Positions 1 to 9,797 of a stretch of 64,000 bases of DNA are shown piece by piece. The translations under genes were made by a program, and so were the position numbers. Numbering within the stretch: position 1 is the stretch's first letter; every line of letters starts with the position of its first letter. The DNA comes from an uncultured cyanobacterium (lineage in GTDB: Bacteria > Cyanobacteriota > Cyanobacteriia > PCC-9006 > JAAUQQ01). Location of the stretch: positions 1,600,001 through 1,664,000 of the forward strand of contig OY970368.1 in the NCBI GenBank assembly GCA_963718615.1. The letters run 5' to 3'. The notes beneath the pieces are model-generated. The model did not search any database. It was not told where the DNA came from and worked only from the letters and a program-made list of their open reading frames with translations.

Positions 1-310
1 TACGCAGCTTGGACCGTTGGGCTAACCCCATGACCCCGGCATAGTAAATGGGGCTAAAGAAGCTGGTGGTATCCTGGATGAGACTTCCCCCTCCAAAAAT
101 AAAGGCATCGGCAGACTGGAGAGCTTGCAGAACATCCTGAACCCCCTTGCGATCGTAGGCTTCCACACCGTAGCGAGCGCGGGTTTGGGGCGGATTGCCA
201 CTGAGAACCACCGGAGTCACTTCCGTTGGTAGCATTTGCAACAGCGTGGCCAACAGGGCCTCATCACCACCATTGCCCATGCCGTAGTAGCCACACAGGA
301 CCGCTCGCAT
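1..310 (-). CDS. csaB: Polysaccharide pyruvyl transferase CsaB (partial, runs off window start)
   Basis: Manual translation from ATG at 310 gives MRAVLCGYYGMGNGGDEALLATLLQMLP...FIFGGGSLIQDTTSFFSPIYYAG, the typical CsaB N-terminus. Confidence 0.85.
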   Translation of the reverse strand, partial: MRAVLCGYYGMGNGGDEALLATLLQMLPTEVTPVVLSGNPPQTRARYGVEAYDRKGVQDVLQALQSADAFIFGGGSLIQDTTSFFSPIYYAGVMGLAQRSKLR

Positions 311-435
311 GCCTCACTCCTCATCTGTAGGTTCTCGGTAGGGTCTTGAACGGTTCTTGAATCTGTTCTTGAAATATCCATCCACCCAGCTTCCCCCTAC
401 AATACCCTTAGAGGTTTCGTCTGGATAGCGCCCCC

Positions 436-744
436 ATGCACGCACTTTCAATCCCTACCTGGATGATTCATGTTTCTAGTGTCTTGGAGTGGATGGCCGC
501 CATTGGGCTGATCTGGCGCTATGCCGAGGTCAGAGGCAATGGGGCATGGCGGTTTCTGTCGGTGGGTATGCTACCGGCTTTAGTCAGCGCCATGTGTGCC
601 TGTACCTGGCACTTTTTTGATAATCCAGTGGGGTTGGGCTGGTTGGTGACCCTGCAGGCGGCGATGACGGTTGTGGGAAATGTCACGATGATGTTAGGGG
701 GGTGGCAAGTTTGGCGATCGGCCCAGGTCCAGGAGAACGGCTAG
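436..744 (+). CDS. DUF2499 / Ycf49-like small membrane protein
   Basis: MHALSIPTWMIHVSSVLEW and AMCACTWHFFDN motifs; adjacent to a DUF3593 gene as is usual in cyanobacteria. Confidence 0.8.
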   Translation: MHALSIPTWMIHVSSVLEWMAAIGLIWRYAEVRGNGAWRFLSVGMLPALVSAMCACTWHFFDNPVGLGWLVTLQAAMTVVGNVTMMLGGWQVWRSAQVQENG

Positions 745-831
745 GGTTACCCAAGCGATTGGGGATAGAATTCGGTATGCGTTAGATTAGTGTGCGTTAG
801 ATGGAAGTCCTGAGGACGGGTGGGATGTCTG

Positions 832-1119
832 ATGTCTAAGGAAACATTGTTTGCGCTTTCGCTCTTTCCCTACCTGGGGTTTTTGTGGTTTTTGACGCGA
901 TCGAAACTGACGCCGCCCTTGGCTTTGGTTGGGTTTTATATGACGCTGGTATTTGTCGGGGTGACGATTCCAGCAGGCATTTATGCCAAGGTGCATTATG
1001 GACAGGAGTTGGCCAATGTGGATTGGCTCCATGGAGGCGCGGAGTTCTTTTTGACCTTGGCAAATGTTTTGGTGGTGTTTGGGTTTTGGCAGGCGCTGCA
1101 ACAAAAACAAGCATCTTAA
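832..1119 (+). CDS. DUF3593 family membrane protein
   Basis: MSKETLFALSLFPYLGFL...LANVDWLHGGAE; start moved to ATG 832. Confidence 0.8.
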   Translation: MSKETLFALSLFPYLGFLWFLTRSKLTPPLALVGFYMTLVFVGVTIPAGIYAKVHYGQELANVDWLHGGAEFFLTLANVLVVFGFWQALQQKQAS

Positions 1120-1164
1120 ATAACGGATTACAAAATAGGCGTCTTAAATTCCAGAGGAATTCTG

Positions 1165-2127
1165 ATGATTCAGGGGGTTATGGCTCAGGGGGATGGGCTT
1201 CCAGAGGATAAATTGCAGGGGAATGGGGTGCGATCGCAACAATTCTGGCATTGGCAAGGCTGTCGCATTCGCTATCAACAGGCCGGAGAAACGGGACCGG
1301 CGCTGGTGTTGATTCACGGCTTCGGCGCATCGAGTATTCACTGGCGTAAAAACCTGCCGGAACTAGGCCGAGCCCATCGCGTTTTTGCCATCGATCTCTT
1401 GGGGTTTGGTCAATCGGATAAACCCACACCGGGGCAGCCCCATGCCTATACCTTTGAAACCTGGGGGCAATTGGTTCGGGACTTTTGCCGGGAGATTGTC
1501 GGTGAAGCAGCGTTCTGGGTCGGCAACTCAATTGGTGCGGTCGTGGCACTTCAGGCGGCAGTGGATGAACCGGAAGGCTGTCGTGGTTTGGTTCTGATCG
1601 ACTGCTCGCTACGGCTGCTCCATGTCCGCAAACGGGCGCTGTTGCCCTGGTACCGCAGTGCACCTGCACCCCTACTGCAACAGCTGTTGGCGATTCAACC
1701 CCTGGGTCAGTTTTTCTTTTCACAATTAGCCACACCCAGGACCCTGCGCCGGATTTTGCGACAGGCCTATGGTCGTTCCGCTGCGGTGACCGAAGACCTC
1801 ATCCAACTGCTATTGGAACCGGCATTTGAGCCCGGTGCGTTGGCGGTGTTTCTGGCCTTTATCCAATACGATCAGGGTCCTTTGGCGGAAGATTTGCTGC
1901 CGCAACTGAGCTGTCCGGTTTTGGTGCTATGGGGTGAGGCCGATCCTTGGGAGCCGATCGCCCTAGGGCAGGAATTTGCAAAGTTTCCAGCGGTGGATGA
2001 GTTTATTGCCCTACCTGGTCTCGGCCACTGTCCCCAGGATGAGGCCCCCGAATTAGTCAACCCTTTGATTGCCCAGTGGATTGCCCAGCAGATTGTTCAG
2101 CGGATTGTCCAGTCAACGACCTCGTAA
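1165..2127 (+). CDS. Alpha/beta fold hydrolase
   Basis: LIHGFG oxyanion motif, GNSIG nucleophile elbow, GHCPQDE. Confidence 0.9.
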   Translation: MIQGVMAQGDGLPEDKLQGNGVRSQQFWHWQGCRIRYQQAGETGPALVLIHGFGASSIHWRKNLPELGRAHRVFAIDLLGFGQSDKPTPGQPHAYTFETWGQLVRDFCREIVGEAAFWVGNSIGAVVALQAAVDEPEGCRGLVLIDCSLRLLHVRKRALLPWYRSAPAPLLQQLLAIQPLGQFFFSQLATPRTLRRILRQAYGRSAAVTEDLIQLLLEPAFEPGALAVFLAFIQYDQGPLAEDLLPQLSCPVLVLWGEADPWEPIALGQEFAKFPAVDEFIALPGLGHCPQDEAPELVNPLIAQWIAQQIVQRIVQSTTS

Positions 2128-2220
2128 ATTGCCCCGTTTAGCCAGCCAGAATTGTAATCCTCGACCGCCCCCCCCAGCCTCGATCGCGATGCTACTATGG
2201 GGCTAATTAACGCCTGATCG

Positions 2221-3033
2221 ATGGCTACCTTAAGGAACTTGGAGATCGGGAATAGTCAGGAGATTGCATTGCTCAGTCACTCCTTTGGGTTTTACGGGAT
2301 TGCCTTTTTTGGCATCATCCTATTGCGGTACTTTCTGGTAGCTGGGGGGACCTATTTAGTCCTTTATTCACCCCTTAGCCAATTCTTAAACTCACCAGAA
2401 CTGACCCATCAACCGCTTTCTTGGCCATCGATTCGGCATGATATTCAGCTTTCTGTTTGTTCTGCTGGAATTTTTGCCCTCGCGGCGGCTTCGATTATGT
2501 CGGGCTATAGCGAAGGCATCACGCGGCTCTATAGCCATTATCAACAGCATGGGGTGTGGTATTTGGGTGTTAGTTATGCCACCGTTTTAATCTTGCAAGA
2601 TACGTATTTCTATTTTACCCATCGCTTATTTCATCATCCCCGACTGTTTCCCTGGCTCCATCGAGGACATCACCGATCGCGCTATCCTACCCCTTGGACT
2701 TCCTTTGCCTTTGATCCCCTAGAGGCGCTGGTCCAGTCGCTGTTTCTGGTGGGAATTGTTTTTGTGATTCCGCTCCATTGGGTGACGGTGTTGGCGGTGT
2801 TGATCACGATGACCATTTGGGCGGTGTTGAATCATCTCGGTCTCGATCGCTTGCCCCTAGCCTTTCCTCACCATTGGCTCGGCAAATGGTTTATTGGTCC
2901 GGCCCATCATTCGGTGCATCACCTTAAATACACCACCCATTACGGCCTGTATTTCACCTTTTGGGACAAGCTTTTGGGGACGCAAGACCCCCAGTATGAA
3001 CAACAGCTTGACGATCGCTTTGCCCAGTCCTGA
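2221..3033 (+). CDS. Sterol desaturase / fatty acid hydroxylase family protein
   Basis: His boxes HRLFH, HRGHH, NH and HHSVHH; hydrophobic segments; HYGLYFTFWDKLLGT end motif. Confidence 0.85.
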   Translation: MATLRNLEIGNSQEIALLSHSFGFYGIAFFGIILLRYFLVAGGTYLVLYSPLSQFLNSPELTHQPLSWPSIRHDIQLSVCSAGIFALAAASIMSGYSEGITRLYSHYQQHGVWYLGVSYATVLILQDTYFYFTHRLFHHPRLFPWLHRGHHRSRYPTPWTSFAFDPLEALVQSLFLVGIVFVIPLHWVTVLAVLITMTIWAVLNHLGLDRLPLAFPHHWLGKWFIGPAHHSVHHLKYTTHYGLYFTFWDKLLGTQDPQYEQQLDDRFAQS

Positions 3034-3077
3034 GTCCAGCAAAATGCGAAAATAAGGCGTTCCCAACGGCCAGCGCC

Positions 3078-4436
3078 ATGTCTGCCCCCCGTGATCCCCT
3101 TTTGCAACAAGCGCGCGATCGCCTCCAACGGGCGATCGCCCAACACCGTCAAGTCACGCAACGCTCCCAGTCTGAAACCAACGAGCGCTTGCGCCAAGCC
3201 CTGCAGCCTGAGCTAGACCAGCTCACAGCGTTGTTGCAAAAACTAGACGAGGGGCTGGTCCGGATCGCGATTTTTGGATTAGTCAGTCGCGGTAAATCGG
3301 CGGTGCTCAATGCCCTAGTGGGCCAGAAGCTGTTGGAAACTGGGCCGATTAATGGCTTGACCCGAGAACCGCAAACGGTGCGCTGGCGACTGGGCGATCG
3401 CCTGCAAGTAGATTTAGTCGATACACCGGGTCTGGATGAAATCGATGGCCAAACCCGAGCCGTGATGGCCCAGCGGGAGGCAGAGGCTGCGGATCTGATT
3501 ATGTTTGTTTTGGCGGGGGATATGACCCGGCGAGAACTTCAGGCTATTCGCAAGCTCTGGCAGTTTCATAAGCCGCTGTTATTGGTGTTTAACAAAACCG
3601 ATTTGTATCCTGCGCCGGACCGACGGGCGATCGCCGCCAATTTGCAACAATATTTGACCGTCGATGCCACCGATCCCCAGCCTATCGCCCTCAACAACGT
3701 TGTCGCCGTGGCTGCTGAACCGGCTCCGCTGCGGGTGCGTACGGAATGGCCCAATGGTGAAGTCAACGAAACCTGGGAAACACCGCCGCCGGACATCGAC
3801 GCCCTACGCGACCGTCTTCTAGCGTTGCTGCAAACCGAAGGCGCTGCCTTGCTGACGCTCAATGCCCTGGTGCAAACCCGCGAAGCAGAGGCGGCGATCG
3901 CCCGCAAAACCCTGGCCATCCGTCAAGACGAAGCCGAAGCCCTGATCTGGACCTATGCCCGCAATAAGGGAATTGCCATTGCCGCTAACCCTGTTGTTCT
4001 GCTGGATTTGCTGGGGGGGGCGATCGCCGATTTGGCCCTCATTCGCGCCTTGGCTCGGTTGTATGGGCTACCCATGACCAGTCACGAAGCCGGAGCCCTC
4101 CTGCGCAAAATTTTGATCAGCAGCGGTACGTTGCTTTTGGCCGATCTAGGCGGCGGTCTCTTCCTCGGAGCCGGAAAAAGCGCCGCTGCCCTGGGCAGTC
4201 TCGACAACCCCTCCGGCTGGGTGGCCTATGGTGGGGCTGCGATCGCCCAGGGCAGTCTCGCAGGTTATGGATCCTATTTGGTGGGACGGGCGGCTCAGAT
4301 TTACCTAGAGCAGGGCTGTACCTGGGGTGAAACTGGGGCCAGTACGCTGATTCGCGGCATCTTGGCCCAGGTTGATCGCCAGAGTGTTTTGTATCGTTTG
4401 CGGTTGGAGTTGGAGCAGTCTCTGCCTTTGTTTTAA
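3078..4436 (+). CDS. Era-like GTP-binding protein with C-terminal DUF697 domain
   Basis: G1 GLVSRGKS, G3 DTPG, G4 NKTD; C-terminal amphipathic helices (ALARLYGLPM). Confidence 0.85.
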   Translation: MSAPRDPLLQQARDRLQRAIAQHRQVTQRSQSETNERLRQALQPELDQLTALLQKLDEGLVRIAIFGLVSRGKSAVLNALVGQKLLETGPINGLTREPQTVRWRLGDRLQVDLVDTPGLDEIDGQTRAVMAQREAEAADLIMFVLAGDMTRRELQAIRKLWQFHKPLLLVFNKTDLYPAPDRRAIAANLQQYLTVDATDPQPIALNNVVAVAAEPAPLRVRTEWPNGEVNETWETPPPDIDALRDRLLALLQTEGAALLTLNALVQTREAEAAIARKTLAIRQDEAEALIWTYARNKGIAIAANPVVLLDLLGGAIADLALIRALARLYGLPMTSHEAGALLRKILISSGTLLLADLGGGLFLGAGKSAAALGSLDNPSGWVAYGGAAIAQGSLAGYGSYLVGRAAQIYLEQGCTWGETGASTLIRGILAQVDRQSVLYRLRLELEQSLPLF

Positions 4437-5164
4437 CGATAGCGACGGCTGCCGGAACGAGCCCAGCGGGTCATGCGCCAGAGATAGAAAAAGGAAGTTC
4501 CACTGATGAGCGCCCCTAGGTTCCATTTGATGGAGTTTTTGAGGAGCGATCGCCAGCGATTTTGCTTCTCCGTTTCTACCTGGGCTTTAGTTTTGCTTTT
4601 GGCCGCACTCAGTTCCTCTAGGACCTTGGCTTGGACTTCATCGGGAGACAATTCGCCCACGTTCCCCCCCTGCTTTTGGATAAAATCCGCAATTTGACTG
4701 GGGCTGGCCTGGGTGAGATCCTGCTCGATCTTCTCGGCTTGGGCCATTTGCTGTTGATAGATCCCCGCCAAGCGCGTGTTGCTGGTTTCATTCAGCCGCG
4801 TCGTATTGACAATCGCCAGGGGAATCAGGGCGAGATAGAGCAGCCCCAGGAGCAAACTCAGCCAAGATAAGCTCTTGAGCACTAGCCGCTCCGAGCGACT
4901 GCGCTGCTGCATTTCACCATAAAACACAAACACTAGGCCCAAAAGGGGCACCGGTACCCGCTCGACCAGGGCTCCAATGGTTTGAAATTCCCAGGCCGGG
5001 TCCATCAATCGCAGCGGAATCAAGATCGCCGCCCAATCCAACACCGAGAGCAGTAGTAGGCTATAGCCGACGGTGCGCAGAAGTTTTGCCGTCCGAGTTG
5101 AAAAGGACGCATCCTGAATCGGCTCGCTAGAAATGCCGCTAGAGCTCGTCTGAATCATTGCCAT
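4433..5164 (-). CDS. HpsJ-like membrane protein, cyanoexosortase A-associated
   Basis: PAWEFQTIGALVERVPVPLLG motif, four TM-like segments, located downstream of exosortase genes; start uncertain. Confidence 0.75.
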   Translation of the reverse strand: MAMIQTSSSGISSEPIQDASFSTRTAKLLRTVGYSLLLLSVLDWAAILIPLRLMDPAWEFQTIGALVERVPVPLLGLVFVFYGEMQQRSRSERLVLKSLSWLSLLLGLLYLALIPLAIVNTTRLNETSNTRLAGIYQQQMAQAEKIEQDLTQASPSQIADFIQKQGGNVGELSPDEVQAKVLEELSAAKSKTKAQVETEKQNRWRSLLKNSIKWNLGALISGTSFFYLWRMTRWARSGSRRYR

Positions 5165-5206
5165 AGAAAAATCTCTAAAACCTAAATAAAAGAAATTCAC
5201 ACATAA

Positions 5207-5845
5207 CTACGGGTTAAACGCCCGTTGCCATTGGGGGAACCAATCCCGCCAGACCTCTTCCAAAAGGGGATAAACCGCTTCGGGTGGGGTGCCATCCTGG
5301 GGCAAGGACAGGGTTATCCACAAACAGCGGGCATCTCGCATGGGTCCCGTTCCCGCTAGCCAAGCGGCCAACTGACGGGGCTGAAGCTGTTGTCGATGGG
5401 AATAGCGCAGGTAATCGTCATAGCGACCAAGGCTTTGGCCACTGGGGACTAAACAGGTGGTGAGACGAGTCGCTTGGGAATCGTACATCAGGGCATAGGT
5501 GCCTCCCTCGGGCTGGCTGCGGATTTGGGGTTGCTGGGGATCGAAGGAGCGGGCGATCGCCGCATCCCGCAAAAATCGATTGCTATTGCCACTAAAAACA
5601 TTGATCTCCTGCATGCGAATCTCTAGAACCTTGTCCCCCCGCTGAAAGCGATAGAGATAGCCGCCATCCCGAGGTCCTGAATCCCCTAGGGGTTGCCATT
5701 GGGGAAGATGAACCCTGGAGCTAAAGGCGACCTGGGGCAGGGGCGATCGCTGGGCCGAGACCGGCGCAATCCCCGTTTTGAGCAGGGTTCCTGAGGCCGC
5801 CACGAAGGTCAGCACCAAACTGGCTAGACGAATCGAATGCATCAT
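5207..5845 (-). CDS. Cyanoexosortase A system-associated protein
   Basis: Overlaps the exosortase stop by 4 bp; N-terminal TM segment; TTCL, WLAG...DARCLW and YPLLEEVW motifs. Confidence 0.75.
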   Translation of the reverse strand: MMHSIRLASLVLTFVAASGTLLKTGIAPVSAQRSPLPQVAFSSRVHLPQWQPLGDSGPRDGGYLYRFQRGDKVLEIRMQEINVFSGNSNRFLRDAAIARSFDPQQPQIRSQPEGGTYALMYDSQATRLTTCLVPSGQSLGRYDDYLRYSHRQQLQPRQLAAWLAGTGPMRDARCLWITLSLPQDGTPPEAVYPLLEEVWRDWFPQWQRAFNP

Positions 5846-6723
5846 GATGCTTTTCCTACAGAATGCCGCTGGGTCTTCGACTCAGAAACCAATTCAGGCA
5901 TGGGTTCAACGCCGCCCAAACCCGAGTAAATCCAGCCAAATAGCCCCACCGAAACCATGGAGAAAATTAACGATCCATTGCCGTCGTGCCAATATTCAAA
6001 TCCCGCCTGATTGCCCACCGAAACTAACAGGGTCATGAGGCAAACCCGTAGGGCGTTGACCCCGAAGGCGATGGCGATCGCCACCCCCGGCATCCACCCC
6101 CCCACCCGCGCCCGCACCGGGAAGACCAACAGCGCCATCACAGCAATCCCCAGTAAATGGAAGATTTGCTCAATGCCCGAGCAGCCGCCCGCCACATTGA
6201 CAACCCCCTGGTTGAGATGCAAAAGCGCCCCTTCGAGCATGACCGGCTGACCCGCATACCAAAGCAAAAAGCTTGCGACTCGGGCCGTATAGACCGAAAT
6301 TTCTAGGGAAAATCCGAAGGTCACGAGGGCATGCCAGGCCAACGCACTCAAAATCACCAGTTCTTTCCAAAACTGGCGCAGTCCACCCAGCCCCGAAGCC
6401 AAGAGGGCAAGCCCCACGCCTGAGAGCAGTGGAGCCATCATCAAAAAGTTAGGGTTGGGCAAAATCCAGCTCCGCAGGAGCACAAAGGCAATGGGCAGCA
6501 GTCCCAAAAGATTGCAGGGGGAAACGGGAAAGGGGAGGTGCGATCGCCGCAGCCAAACCCCATATCCCGCCCCCGTCCAAAACAAGAGACTATTGCTCAG
6601 TAAATTGCCCGTTTCAAGCCGCCAAGCTAGCGTCAGATGCAACGCCACGCAGGTTGTGGTAATCCCCAGCAGCCAAAGGCGAGCATCCTGAACTGAGAGC
6701 TGCATTTTTGACATGCATTTCAC
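5842..6723 (-). CDS. crtA: Cyanoexosortase A
   Basis: Multi-TM protein with the exosortase triad motifs GCSGI (Cys), NALR (Arg) and YWHDGNG (His). Confidence 0.85.
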   Translation of the reverse strand: MKCMSKMQLSVQDARLWLLGITTTCVALHLTLAWRLETGNLLSNSLLFWTGAGYGVWLRRSHLPFPVSPCNLLGLLPIAFVLLRSWILPNPNFLMMAPLLSGVGLALLASGLGGLRQFWKELVILSALAWHALVTFGFSLEISVYTARVASFLLWYAGQPVMLEGALLHLNQGVVNVAGGCSGIEQIFHLLGIAVMALLVFPVRARVGGWMPGVAIAIAFGVNALRVCLMTLLVSVGNQAGFEYWHDGNGSLIFSMVSVGLFGWIYSGLGGVEPMPELVSESKTQRHSVGKAS

Positions 6724-7162
6724 GCGAGTGAGAAGCTTTACGAGTAGTTATTCATACTGTCTTTTTCTTTCCAGGGAAATAGAGAACAAGTTTCCATAAA
6801 GTTTGCCAAGGGTTTTTTCTGTTTCTTTAAAGCTTGTGATTTCAAGCTGTGATTGTAGGTCTTGAAGCTATGGAGTTTGATTCCAGCTTTAGGTCAGCTA
6901 ACTCTCAGTGAAAGATCTAGAACAAACGACCACGAACAAGTACGGGATTTTATAGATTCTTGAAGCTTCGATGAATTATTTTTGGACACATAGACAGGAC
7001 TATACCGACAGTGAGATAGTGTCGCAAGCACTACCCGCATGGCTGCCAATGGGCAGTGGTGTGTGAGATTTTGGTCAGGATCTTTAGAGTTTTAGCGTTG
7101 GAGTGGTTGGATGTCCACCACGCTGATTTCATCTCAATCCTGTAGGAGGATCGCGGCTGATT

Positions 7163-7930
7163 ATGGCTTTGAATCGTATTAAACAAGCTTCGCTCATCGC
7201 AGCGGGAGCCGCCGTTTTGACCCTCGGTATGGGTCATGCTGCCCAGGCTATTAACTTAGATATCGTTGCCGAGACCAGTGGCTTAGATTCTGGACTTGAC
7301 CGGGTTTTAGGGTTTAACAGCTTCTTCAAGGTTGGATTTAATGCCTCTGATGATGCCAATGCCTATATTGAATCGGTGACGTTCGATCTGAGCGGGGATA
7401 CAGATGCCGCCTTCGACAACCAAGACTTCTTCTTCTTTGATGCTGGTCCCCAGGTGGGTCAGGTTGGAGGAAGCCTGACGGCTGCTGCGATTTCCTTTAG
7501 CGAGGTGACCCGCAATAGTTTTGCCAATGCTGCCAATTGGACCCGTGCGTTGACGGTCAGCTTTGCAGCGAACACCTTTAAGGTGGGTAGTTTCTTTACC
7601 TTTGGGGTTGATACCAATGGCGTTGGCGATGATGCTTTTCCTTTCTTGAGTATCCTGAATGGCTTGACCGGCGATAACGTCGCCACATTCAATGATACGG
7701 GGGCTGATTTCGGTCGGGCTGGGGTTCAGTTTGTTGCCAACATTGTCCATGGCAGTACGACCTCCACGGGCAGCGGAGCCTTTGCGACCACAGGACTGTT
7801 CTCTTCCCAAGCCCAAATCACCAATGCTCCAGAACCGCTAACGATTTTGGGTTCTGCCCTGGCGTTGGGATTTGGTGCGCGTCTGAAGAAAAAACGGGAT
7901 CAACAGCGGCTCAAGGCAGAAGTTGCCTAG
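7163..7930 (+). CDS. PEP-CTERM sorting-domain surface protein
   Basis: Signal peptide ending AQA; C-terminal APEPLTILGSALALGFGARLKKKR; divergent from the exosortase. Confidence 0.9.
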   Translation: MALNRIKQASLIAAGAAVLTLGMGHAAQAINLDIVAETSGLDSGLDRVLGFNSFFKVGFNASDDANAYIESVTFDLSGDTDAAFDNQDFFFFDAGPQVGQVGGSLTAAAISFSEVTRNSFANAANWTRALTVSFAANTFKVGSFFTFGVDTNGVGDDAFPFLSILNGLTGDNVATFNDTGADFGRAGVQFVANIVHGSTTSTGSGAFATTGLFSSQAQITNAPEPLTILGSALALGFGARLKKKRDQQRLKAEVA

Positions 7931-7975
7931 GCTAGCGAATCCCTTCGGCTTCATTAATATTCAGACTGTTCAGTC

Positions 7976-8004
7976 GGGGGCGCGGATTTCGCGCCTTCTT
8001 TTTT
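7976..8004 (+). terminator. Rho-independent terminator
   Basis: GGGGGCGCG-GATTT-CGCGCCTTC hairpin followed by TTTTTT, after the PEP-CTERM gene. Confidence 0.65.
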
Positions 8005-8065
8005 ATGCATACTCGTCAACTTTCCTAGATATCACGAGTCAGGTTTTCCGTATGCACGAAGTATT

Positions 8066-8731
8066 TTATCCTAAGGGTTCTAATGCCCCGCCTTTTGCCG
8101 TCGCTCGTTGATAGGCTGGACGATCTTGATAGCGCTTGATTAACGCTTGAATCTGTGGATAGGCGGCGAAATCGACGCGGTTGCGGGCCACCTCTAAAGG
8201 AAAACTCATCTGAACATCGGCTGCGGAAAAGTTACCGGCAAACCAGTCTTTCCCTTGTAAACTGGTCTCAACAAAGCCCAAGTGGGTACTCAGTTGGGGA
8301 TCGAGAAATTGGGTTTGTACTTTAGCCATGATTGTATTGGCTACCGGACGCAAGAAAAACGGCATGTCTGGGTTTTCCGGAATGCGGCTAAACACCAGCT
8401 TCATCACCAGCAATGGCATCAGCGATCCTTCGGCGTAGTGTAGCCAATAGTGGTAACAACGCTTGTGCTCGGGGTCGGTGGGGACAAACCGACCTTGGCC
8501 ATAAACCTCAATCAGATATTCGATAATGGCACCTGATTCGGCCACCGTTACATCGTCATCGGTAATCACGGGGGATTTGCCCAAAGGATGTACTGTCTTC
8601 AGACTCTCAGGCGCTAAAAGAGTTTGAGGGTCGCGCTTGTAGCACTTGATGTCGTAGTCGAGTTCAAGCTCTTCCAGCAGCCAGAGAATACGCTGGGAGC
8701 GGGAATTTTCGAGATGATGAACGGTAATCAT
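8066..8731 (-). CDS. Glutathione S-transferase
   Basis: HHLENSRSQRILWLLEEL, HPLGKSP, AESGAI motifs. Confidence 0.92.
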   Translation of the reverse strand: MITVHHLENSRSQRILWLLEELELDYDIKCYKRDPQTLLAPESLKTVHPLGKSPVITDDDVTVAESGAIIEYLIEVYGQGRFVPTDPEHKRCYHYWLHYAEGSLMPLLVMKLVFSRIPENPDMPFFLRPVANTIMAKVQTQFLDPQLSTHLGFVETSLQGKDWFAGNFSAADVQMSFPLEVARNRVDFAAYPQIQALIKRYQDRPAYQRATAKGGALEPLG

Positions 8732-8780
8732 AGACCCTAGGATGATGGATAAGCGGTGTTGAGAGGCTAGACGACTGGAT

Positions 8781-9518
8781 TTACATGCTTTGCTGGGTAG
8801 GGCGGATAATCATTTCATTGATATCGACCTCTTGGGGCTGTTCAATGGCAAAGGCAATGGCGCGTGCGATCGCATCCGCATCAATCGCCACGTCGTAGAG
8901 CTGATCTGCATTCTTAGCACTTTCCTCATGGGAAATGGTACTAGTGAGCTCGGTGGAAACAGCTCCAGGGGAAATATTTGTTGCGCGAATGTGACCGTCA
9001 GTCTCCAGTCGAATGCCCTCGGAAATGGCCTTGACAGCAAACTTGGTGGCGCAGTAAACCACACCCGCAGGAAACACTTGATGGCCGGCCACTGAAGAGA
9101 TATTGATAATATGCCCAGACTTTTGCTGTTGCATGATCGGTAGAACAGCGGCTACACCATAGAGAACGCCCTTAATATTGACATCCACCATCTTTTCCCA
9201 TTCGTCCACTTTCAAAGCAGTAAGAGGAGAGAGGGGCATCAAACCTGCGTTGTTGAGTAATACGTCTATGCGTCCATAGGTATCTTGGGTCGCTTGGGCC
9301 AGCGATTCTACTTCGTCTCGATGGGTCACATCTGTGACCTGATACTGAGCTTTGCCACCTGTTTTTTCAATCTGCTCAACCAGTTCTTGTAGGCGATCTT
9401 CTCGCCTGGCCGCGAGCATGACTTTGGCACCACTCTTTGCCAATCGTAATGCTGTTGCTTTTCCTAATCCGCTGCTGCCTCCTGTAATAATAACGACTTT
9501 ATTTTGTATGTTAGACAT
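8781..9518 (-). CDS. SDR family oxidoreductase
   Basis: TGGSSGLG, NNAG, YCATK catalytic motif. Confidence 0.92.
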   Translation of the reverse strand: MSNIQNKVVIITGGSSGLGKATALRLAKSGAKVMLAARREDRLQELVEQIEKTGGKAQYQVTDVTHRDEVESLAQATQDTYGRIDVLLNNAGLMPLSPLTALKVDEWEKMVDVNIKGVLYGVAAVLPIMQQQKSGHIINISSVAGHQVFPAGVVYCATKFAVKAISEGIRLETDGHIRATNISPGAVSTELTSTISHEESAKNADQLYDVAIDADAIARAIAFAIEQPQEVDINEMIIRPTQQSM

Positions 9519-9797
9519 AGTTGTAATCTCTAAGTATGGTCTAGTAGTCGAAGGCGTTATTTCAGCATTAGAGCCCGCGAGAGCTGGTTATCGTTTGAAA
9601 CGTACTCTAAATTTTCAACCATCAACCTGAATCTAGCTAAAGGCAGAAAGTATGATTAAAAACAAAATTTGTGTGGCATGCAAACGATTTAAAGTTGGCA
9701 ACCTAAGGACAAATTGGGTTGCCTTAGCTCAGCCAACAAGCTAGGTCCGCCAAAAAAAACAAGTTTTAACTCTCTTTAAAATCAATCTTTAACTCCT

